From: a virus
DNA length: 10,714 nucleotides
Virus genome (UHGV): UHGV-0188446
Reading direction: 5' to 3' (one strand)
Shown here: positions 5,407 through 10,714 of the stretch, one piece after another
Position numbering within the stretch: position 1 is the stretch's first letter
Layout of the letters: every line of letters begins with the position of its first letter
The notes under the pieces: model-generated
The model's database searches: none
Seen by the model: the letters and a program-made list of their open reading frames with translations, nothing else
Told to the model about the DNA's origin: nothing
Translations under genes and position numbers: made by a program

Positions 5407-6087
5407 ATGGGAACTGCGACATTAATACTCGGTGAATCTGGCACCGGAAAATCAACCAGCATGAGAAATATCAACCCAGAGGAAGCAATACTTATAAAAC
5501 CAATAGGCAAGCCGCTACCATTTAAATCAAAAGACTGGCTTGCATGGGATGCCAGAGCAAAAAAAGGAACCGTAGTTACCACTGACAAATGGGACGTAAT
5601 AGTTGCTGTAATTAAGCGTGCTCACGAATACGGAAAAAGAATCGTTATTGTTGATGACTTCCAGTATGTGATGAGCAATGAGTTTATGCGCCGCTCAGAA
5701 GAAAAATCGTTTGATAAATTTACTGAGATAGGCCGCCACGCATGGGAGGTGATTAAGGCTGCACAGGATGCACCTGATGACCTGAGAGTCTATTTTCTTG
5801 CACACACCGAAGAAACCCCTATGGGGCGTGTGAAAATGAAGACTATCGGCAAAATGCTGGACGAGAAAATCACTGTCGAAGGCATGTTTACTATAGTTCT
5901 TCGCACCCTTACCCGCGATGACCAGTTCTTTTTCACCACGAAAAACAACGGTGCAGACACTGTAAAATCCCCAATGGGAATGTTTGATTCTAATGAGATT
6001 GATAACGATCTCTCTTTCGTCGATGCCACTGTTTGTGATTACTACGGCATCAATAATGTTCATCAAATTAAGGAAAACGCCGCATGA
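5407..6087 (+). CDS. Sak4-like phage recombination ATPase (RecA-fold P-loop NTPase)
   Basis: 226-aa ORF with Walker A GESGTGKST near the N-terminus and Walker B-like hhhhDD (RIVIVDD). Size and position in the recombination slot are typical of Sak4-type single-strand annealing ATPases. GAGG Shine-Dalgarno upstream. Confidence 0.65.
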   Translation: MGTATLILGESGTGKSTSMRNINPEEAILIKPIGKPLPFKSKDWLAWDARAKKGTVVTTDKWDVIVAVIKRAHEYGKRIVIVDDFQYVMSNEFMRRSEEKSFDKFTEIGRHAWEVIKAAQDAPDDLRVYFLAHTEETPMGRVKMKTIGKMLDEKITVEGMFTIVLRTLTRDDQFFFTTKNNGADTVKSPMGMFDSNEIDNDLSFVDATVCDYYGINNVHQIKENAA

Positions 6088-6671
6088 GCAACGTGATTTT
6101 TACTTATAACGAAGAAGCAGCACTGACCGCAGGGCAAGGTGGTTTTATTAACGAAACTGGTGCTCATATCATTACCATTACTGAAGCAGAACTAAAGCAA
6201 TCAGAAAAAGGAGCCAAATTTATTGAGTTTTCTGGCGAATCTGACGACGGACGTAAAATCCAATATCTTAGCGTCTGTGTTCAGAAAAATGACGGAACGG
6301 AAAACAAATTTGGCGCAAATGTCGTTCACGCCATGATGGGGTGTGCCGGGATTGGACAATTAACGCAACATATGGTTTCCGCCAGTAAATTTGTTGCTCC
6401 TGAGTTTCATGGAAAGAAAATCGGGTTAGTGCTCCAGAAAGTATTAACCACAAACAAAAAGACTGGCGCAGACAACTACCAGATGGAAATACGCATCCCG
6501 TTTATTGCACAAACAGGTCAAACCCTTAAAGAAAAGGCAGAAGGCAAGCAACCAGAAACTATCGCCAACATGGTTGCCAATCTCAAAGATAAAGACAATC
6601 GCTCTAAAAACGTAAGCCAGAATCATGCAGATGATTATGGTTACAGCCAGAACGATTACCCTGCTTTCTGA
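6084..6671 (+). CDS. Putative ssDNA-binding protein partner of Sak4 (function inferred mainly from context)
   Basis: 195-aa ORF whose ATG overlaps the Sak4 stop (ATGA at 6084-6087). C-terminal tail ..DDYGYSQNDYPAF resembles the acidic/aromatic tails of SSB proteins. Sak4 genes are commonly followed by an SSB. Confidence 0.45.
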   Translation: MSNVIFTYNEEAALTAGQGGFINETGAHIITITEAELKQSEKGAKFIEFSGESDDGRKIQYLSVCVQKNDGTENKFGANVVHAMMGCAGIGQLTQHMVSASKFVAPEFHGKKIGLVLQKVLTTNKKTGADNYQMEIRIPFIAQTGQTLKEKAEGKQPETIANMVANLKDKDNRSKNVSQNHADDYGYSQNDYPAF

Positions 6672-6694
6672 TTACTGAAAATAAGGCTCCCATT

Positions 6695-6991
6695 ATGCCA
6701 GCGCCTCTGTATGGTGCGGATGACCCGCGCAATTGCTCCGGTAGCTCCAAGGCGGAGGTGCTGGAAAATATCAAAAACATTTTCGACACGTTTATCGATC
6801 TGCCACCAGAAACAAAAGCAGAACGGATGTACCGACGCGATATACAACTCGCGTTAAAAAATGAGAAGGACCGAACAAACGAAACATCAATCCGACCATT
6901 CCGCAAAGCCACATATACCCACTTCCCTGAATATATCGACCCGCGCCTGCGTAATTACCGCTCACGCTATGGCGCTATCAGTAATGACTGA
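6695..6991 (+). CDS. Hypothetical protein (98 aa)
   Basis: ORF track 6695..6991. AAGG upstream. Same strand and operon context. Confidence 0.5.
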   Translation: MPAPLYGADDPRNCSGSSKAEVLENIKNIFDTFIDLPPETKAERMYRRDIQLALKNEKDRTNETSIRPFRKATYTHFPEYIDPRLRNYRSRYGAISND

Positions 6992-7001
6992 GGAATTTAC
7001 C

Positions 7002-7169
7002 ATGAGAGGACTTGCATACAATCCCGGCATTCTTCCGGCAGAAATGATTATTCGCCAACGCGTAAAGCCAATGCCATCGAGAGAGGAATTGCTTAAGAGA
7101 AATTCTTTTCCATCAGTGAATCAAAACAAATATCTGAATGCGATGTGGCGCAAAGGAGGCAACCAGTGA
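7002..7169 (+). CDS. Hypothetical protein (55 aa)
   Basis: ATG at 7002 preceded by GAGGA. In frame with track ORF 6861..7169, whose upstream extension overlaps the previous gene and is rejected. Stop overlaps the GTG start of the next gene. Confidence 0.45.
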   Translation: MRGLAYNPGILPAEMIIRQRVKPMPSREELLKRNSFPSVNQNKYLNAMWRKGGNQ

Positions 7170-8032
7170 GCAAGATTGACTATCAGGTACTGCGTGCCAA
7201 GGCAGAAAAAGCAACGTGTGGTGTATGGTCGCTCGAATATGGAGAGAGCCGATTTGATGGTGATGATGCTCTAATTTATCGCGAGGCTGCTGGATATATT
7301 CCCATTTGCAGAATTGAAGGAGCGCATCCAGAAAGCGGTTTCGATGAAGATTTCCAAATGGAACAGCAGGCCAATGCTGAATTCATCGCCGCAGCCAATC
7401 CCGCTACCGTCTTGGCCCTGCTGGATGAACTGGAAAGAAACCAGCAATACATAAAACGCCGCGATCAGGAGAACGAGGATATTGCGCTAACGGTAGGGAA
7501 ACTGCGTGTTGAGCTTGAGGAGACAAAATCAAAACTCAACGAGCAGCGCGAGTATTACGAAGGTGTCATCTCGGATGGAAGTAAGCGCATAGCAGAGTTG
7601 CAGACAAAATCTGCACCAGATTCGTTTGGCATCATCGGTGAAAATATTCGAACACAGGATAATCGAATAACGTCAGACCCTATGTTTTGTGTGTATCAAA
7701 AGTGCGAAATTGTTGTTGATGCTGATTATGACTATGACCGGATTGTCTGGGTTGATGAAGATGGCAATGAAGCCAATAAACGCCAAAGTCGTCGTCTCGA
7801 ACTACTTCACGAAAACTTTCGAGAGCCACCAGAAAAATGGCGGCGCGTTGCTGTGAAAGATATTGATGAATTCGTTACCTGCTGTTTCACCGAACAGGGT
7901 TGTAAAGACTACCTGGCAGCCAATGGTCACAATCTTCGCTTGCCATTTATATATGTAAAAAGCGGTTTCAGGAACGCTGAATATATCGGCATAAGAAACT
8001 GGCTTGCTGGCATTCGCATCAAAGGAGAGTGA
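7166..8032 (+). CDS. Ea22-like protein (coiled-coil-containing phage early protein of unknown function)
   Basis: ORF track 7145..8032. Preferred start is GTG at 7166 (AGGAGG 8 nt upstream, GTGA overlap with the upstream stop), giving [15 protein letters not shown].... Assignment rests on position upstream of ea8.5 and general resemblance to Ea22-family proteins; not verified. Confidence 0.5.
   Translation: MSKIDYQVLRAKAEKATCGVWSLEYGESRFDGDDALIYREAAGYIPICRIEGAHPESGFDEDFQMEQQANAEFIAAANPATVLALLDELERNQQYIKRRDQENEDIALTVGKLRVELEETKSKLNEQREYYEGVISDGSKRIAELQTKSAPDSFGIIGENIRTQDNRITSDPMFCVYQKCEIVVDADYDYDRIVWVDEDGNEANKRQSRRLELLHENFREPPEKWRRVAVKDIDEFVTCCFTEQGCKDYLAANGHNLRLPFIYVKSGFRNAEYIGIRNWLAGIRIKGE
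8007..8032 (+). repeat. 26-bp direct repeat, copy 1 (ctggcattcgcatcaaaggagagtga)
   Basis: Identical to 8501-8526. Encodes the C-terminal GIRIKGE plus stop of the Ea22-like gene and carries the AAGGAG Shine-Dalgarno for the next gene. Confidence 0.9.
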
Positions 8033-8034
8033 GA

Positions 8035-8526
8035 ATGCAAATTTCACCGGTTACTCTTCGTGTTGCGAAGGCGTTTATATCCAGACATCACCGACACAAT
8101 AAACCCCCGGTGGGGCATAAATTCAGCATTGGTCTGAGAAATGATGCCGGAGAATTGATAGGTGTGGCGACAGCCGGTAGACCTGTTGCACGACATTTGG
8201 ACGATGGATTAACGCTTGAAGTAAATCGCACATGTACCACAGGAGAACGCAACGCTAACAGCGCGCTTTATGGTGCTGTCTGGCGGGCAGCAAAGGCTAT
8301 GGGTTATCAACGTTGTATTACGTACACCCAGGCAGATGAATCAGGAGCATCTCTCCGCGCAGCTGGTTTTGTTCGTGTGAAAGAGCTTCCTCCAAGAAAA
8401 AGCTGGGCGGAATCAAGCGTCGCCCTGCGGAGTAAACGCGATCCGGTCGGAAACGGTGGTGTTCCTCGTGTGCTCTGGGAAATCAGGAGAATGAGTACCA
8501 CTGGCATTCGCATCAAAGGAGAGTGA
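8035..8526 (+). CDS. Hypothetical protein (163 aa), possibly GNAT-like fold; inserted gene bounded by 26-bp direct repeats
   Basis: ATG at 8035 with AAAGGAGAG upstream (the track starts at GTG 8029). Product MQISPVTLRVAKAFISRHHRHNKPPVGHKFSIGL.... The C-terminal GIRIKGE plus stop is encoded by the second repeat copy. Fold assignment is a weak impression only. Confidence 0.5.
   Translation: MQISPVTLRVAKAFISRHHRHNKPPVGHKFSIGLRNDAGELIGVATAGRPVARHLDDGLTLEVNRTCTTGERNANSALYGAVWRAAKAMGYQRCITYTQADESGASLRAAGFVRVKELPPRKSWAESSVALRSKRDPVGNGGVPRVLWEIRRMSTTGIRIKGE
8501..8526 (+). repeat. 26-bp direct repeat, copy 2
   Basis: Perfect copy of 8007-8032. Confidence 0.9.
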
Positions 8527-8728
8527 TATGAGCAGGAATACGGGTTTGTAAAAGATAACGCTTGTGAAAATGCTGAATTTCGCGTCGTCTTCACAACGAT
8601 GCCAGAGTCTGTAGTGTCAGATGATGACCGTACTCAAACATCGGGTTGGGTATTATCTTACTGTTTCTTTACATAAACATTGCTGATACCGTTTAGCTGA
8701 AACGACATACATTGCAAGGAGTTTATAA

Positions 8729-9010
8729 ATGAGTATCAATGAGTTAGAGTCTGAGCAAAAAGATTGGGTGTTATCAATGTTGTGCAGATCCGGTGTCTTG
8801 TCTCCATGCAGACATCACGAAGGTGTTTATGTAGATGAAGGTATAGATATAGAATCGGCATACAAATATTCCATGAAGGTTTATAAGTCTAATGAAGACA
8901 AATCCCCATTCTGCAATGTGCGAGAAATGACTGATACCGTGCAAAATTATTATCACGAGTACGGTGGAAACGATACTTGCCCTCTCTGTACAAAACATAT
9001 AGATGATTAA
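8729..9010 (+). CDS. ea8.5: Ea8.5-like protein (Cys/His-rich, probable zinc-binding)
   Basis: 93-aa ORF, the same length as lambda ea8.5 (282 nt) and in the same relative position between ea22 and xis. Contains C..C..HH...C...CPLC ligand candidates. Sequence matches lambda Ea8.5 as far as I can recall. Confidence 0.6.
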   Translation: MSINELESEQKDWVLSMLCRSGVLSPCRHHEGVYVDEGIDIESAYKYSMKVYKSNEDKSPFCNVREMTDTVQNYYHEYGGNDTCPLCTKHIDD

Positions 9011-9028
9011 ACCAAATATTACATAACA

Positions 9029-9057
9029 ATCCTCGCACTCGCGGGGATTTCTTTTAT
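9029..9057 (+). terminator. Rho-independent terminator after ea8.5
   Basis: 8-bp stem atcctcgc/gcggggat with loop actc, followed by ttcttttat. Confidence 0.6.
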
Positions 9058-9060
9058 CTG

Positions 9061-9085
9061 AACTCGCTACGGCGAGTTTTGTTTT
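9061..9085 (+). terminator. Second tandem hairpin plus T-run
   Basis: aactcgc-tacg-gcgagtt perfect 7-bp stem followed by ttgtttt. Confidence 0.55.
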
Positions 9086-9097
9086 ATGGAGATGATT

Positions 9098-9397
9098 ATG
9101 GGCTGTTCAACATTCAACCCTCTAACTTTACAGAAATACCAGCCAGACCCTGAAGATTTATGCTCACTGTGTGGCGGAAATCATGGTAAAGCCGCCATGA
9201 TCGAATGTAAGGACAAAATCCACATATGCCTTAATTGCGTTGATGTCCTCGTTGATATCAAAAATGAAAGAGAAGATAAAAAGCGTAGCGAGGCTATTCG
9301 CGCCTTAGATTCATGGATGCGAGATGGGTATAGTGCTGCGCAAATTTATGACTTAGCCATTTCAAAAGGCGAAATACCAGGTGTGCGCATCGAATAA
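9098..9397 (+). CDS. Hypothetical zinc-ribbon-like protein (two CxxC pairs)
   Basis: Track ORF 9086..9397. Preferred start is ATG 9098 with GGAG 6 nt upstream. Motifs CSLCGG and HICLNC. Confidence 0.5.
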   Translation: MGCSTFNPLTLQKYQPDPEDLCSLCGGNHGKAAMIECKDKIHICLNCVDVLVDIKNEREDKKRSEAIRALDSWMRDGYSAAQIYDLAISKGEIPGVRIE

Positions 9398-9437
9398 GAC
9401 GTAACCAATATTCGAATTGAAGAACTGAAAGAACACC

Positions 9438-9461
9438 AAGCCGCCTGATGGCGGTTTTTTA
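9438..9461 (+). terminator. Rho-independent terminator
   Basis: Stem gccgcc/ggcggt around loop tgat, followed by a T-run (9455-9461). Confidence 0.6.
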
Positions 9462-9474
9462 TTGGAGACAAGAA

Positions 9475-9819
9475 ATGTCAGATTTGGCTATGAAGGTTTT
9501 GAAATGGCAATCAACTGGCGATGTCGGCATCAGTAGCGCAACTCTTGCCTCGATCGCATGTGGACTGAAAAAGAATATCTATGGTCATAGCTTCGGTGCT
9601 CCACATGACGCAGCCGATTTCAGACGATGCGTTGCACTTGTTGAGCAGATCCCAGAAATCAGAGATTCATTCGACAAGGTTGCAAAGCGCGTTCCGGCAT
9701 TCAAAGGAATCCTCAACGAATGGGATTCCCTTGTTGCTCTGTTGAAGTCGGAAATGAAGATACACGGAAACAAAGCACCAGAGACTTACAGAAGAATCAG
9801 CGAGCTACGCAAGGACTAA
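9475..9819 (+). CDS. Hypothetical protein (114 aa)
   Basis: In frame with track ORF 9448..9819. ATG 9475 preceded by GGAGA 6 nt upstream. Product MSDLAMKVLKWQSTGDVGISSATLASIACGLKK.... Confidence 0.5.
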   Translation: MSDLAMKVLKWQSTGDVGISSATLASIACGLKKNIYGHSFGAPHDAADFRRCVALVEQIPEIRDSFDKVAKRVPAFKGILNEWDSLVALLKSEMKIHGNKAPETYRRISELRKD

Positions 9820-9936
9820 CCATGAAATAACACCGCCTCACACTCGATGAGGCCTGTTCATTGCTCAATGATATCCAGACCTACCATCGCCGCATCAATG
9901 CGGCTTTTTCTTGCGTGTAATTGCGGAGACTTTGCG

Positions 9937-10155
9937 ATGTACTTGACACTTCAGGAGTGGAACGCACGCCAGCGACGCCCAAGAAGCCTTGAAACAGTTC
10001 GTCGATGGGTGCGCGAATGCAGGATATTCCCTCCTCCGGTTAAGGATGGAAGAGAGTATCTGTTCCACGAATCAGCGGTAAAGGTTGACTTAAATCGACC
10101 AGTAACAGGTAGCCTTTTGAAGAGGATCAGAAATGGGAAGAAGGCGAAGTCATGA
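9937..10155 (+). CDS. xis: Excisionase Xis
   Basis: ATG at 9937 within track ORF 9847..10155. The 72-aa product MYLTLQEWNARQRRPRSLETVRRWVRECRIFPPPVKDGREYLFHESAVKVDLNRPVTGSLLKRIRNGKKAKS matches lambda Xis as recalled. Same length as lambda xis. 3' end overlaps int. Confidence 0.93.
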   Translation: MYLTLQEWNARQRRPRSLETVRRWVRECRIFPPPVKDGREYLFHESAVKVDLNRPVTGSLLKRIRNGKKAKS

Positions 10156-10714
10156 GCGCCGGGATTTACCCCCTAATCTTTATATAAGAAACAATGGATA
10201 TTACTGCTACAGGGACCCAAGGACGGGTAAAGAGTTTGGATTAGGCCGAGACAGGAGGATAGCAATCACTGAGGCTATACAGGCCAACATTGAGTTATTT
10301 TCAGGACACAAACACAAGCCTCTGACGGCGAGAATCAACAGTGATAATTCTGTTACGTTACATTCATGGCTTGATCGCTACGAAAAAATTCTCGCCAACA
10401 GAGGAATCAAGCAGAAGACACTCATAAATTACATGAGCAAAATTAAAGCAATAAGGAGGGGTCTGACTGATGCTCCACTTGAAGACATCACCACAAAAGA
10501 AATTGCAGCAATGCTCAATGGATACATAGACGAGGGCAAGGCGGCGTCAGCCAAGTTAATCAGATCAACACTGAGCGATGCATTCCGAGAGGCAATAGCT
10601 GAAGGCCATATAACAACAAACCCGGTCGCTGCCACTCGCGCAGCAAAATCAGAGGTAAGGAGATCAAGACTTACGGCTGACGAATACCTGAAAATTTATC
10701 AAGCAGCAGAATCA
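10133..10714 (+). CDS. int: Integrase Int (tyrosine recombinase), N-terminal 194 codons; continues beyond window end
   Basis: ATG at 10133. Hand translation MGRRRSHERRDLPPNLYIRNNGYYCYRDPRTGKEFGLGRDRRIAITEAIQANIELFSGHKHKPLTARINSDNSVTLHSWLDRYEKILANRGIKQKT... matches lambda Int as recalled. Overlaps the xis 3' end as in lambda. No stop before position 10714, so it is absent from the ORF track. Confidence 0.93.
   Translation, partial: MGRRRSHERRDLPPNLYIRNNGYYCYRDPRTGKEFGLGRDRRIAITEAIQANIELFSGHKHKPLTARINSDNSVTLHSWLDRYEKILANRGIKQKTLINYMSKIKAIRRGLTDAPLEDITTKEIAAMLNGYIDEGKAASAKLIRSTLSDAFREAIAEGHITTNPVAATRAAKSEVRRSRLTADEYLKIYQAAES

Noticed and set aside
5205-6912. Seven minus-strand ORFs antisense to the kil-like, Sak4 and SSB-like genes and the 98-aa ORF
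   Set aside because: All are antisense to a tightly coupled plus-strand operon, with no start context. Typical frame artefacts.
7802-10635. Minus-strand ORFs 7802..8047, 8307..8594, 8774..8998, 9585..9773 and 10429..10635
   Set aside because: Each is antisense to a supported plus-strand gene (Ea22-like, the inserted gene, ea8.5, the 114-aa ORF, int) in a region transcribed rightward from PL.

Overview
This window reads as the immunity and early-left (PL) region of a lambda-like temperate prophage, inverted relative to the conventional lambda map. All identifications are from reading the sequence and from recalled phage lambda/P22 biology; no database search was run. Gene order is: O-like (115 aa, ends inside the window) <- cII-like <- cro | OR1-3 with PR/PRM | cI -> two-gene non-rex cassette -> terminator -> OL/PL -> P22-type nutL boxB and N-like antiterminator -> ral -> cIII -> kil-like -> Sak4-like ATPase plus SSB-like partner -> small ORFs -> Ea22-like -> repeat-flanked inserted gene -> ea8.5 -> two extra small genes -> xis -> int (runs off the window end). 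The main candidate for a new system is the overlapping two-gene cassette at 2131..3539, which sits where lambda carries rexA-rexB. It encodes a 159-aa protein with a minimal nucleotidyltransferase motif and a 310-aa partner with no motif I can recognise, and it is visibly more AT-rich than the flanking immunity genes. Other points of interest are a lambda-type immunity core combined with P22-type N/boxB, a fossil of a lambda-type N 3' end, a gene insertion bounded by perfect 26-bp direct repeats, and a Sak4/SSB module in place of Red exo-bet-gam. No rRNA, tRNA or CRISPR array was seen.
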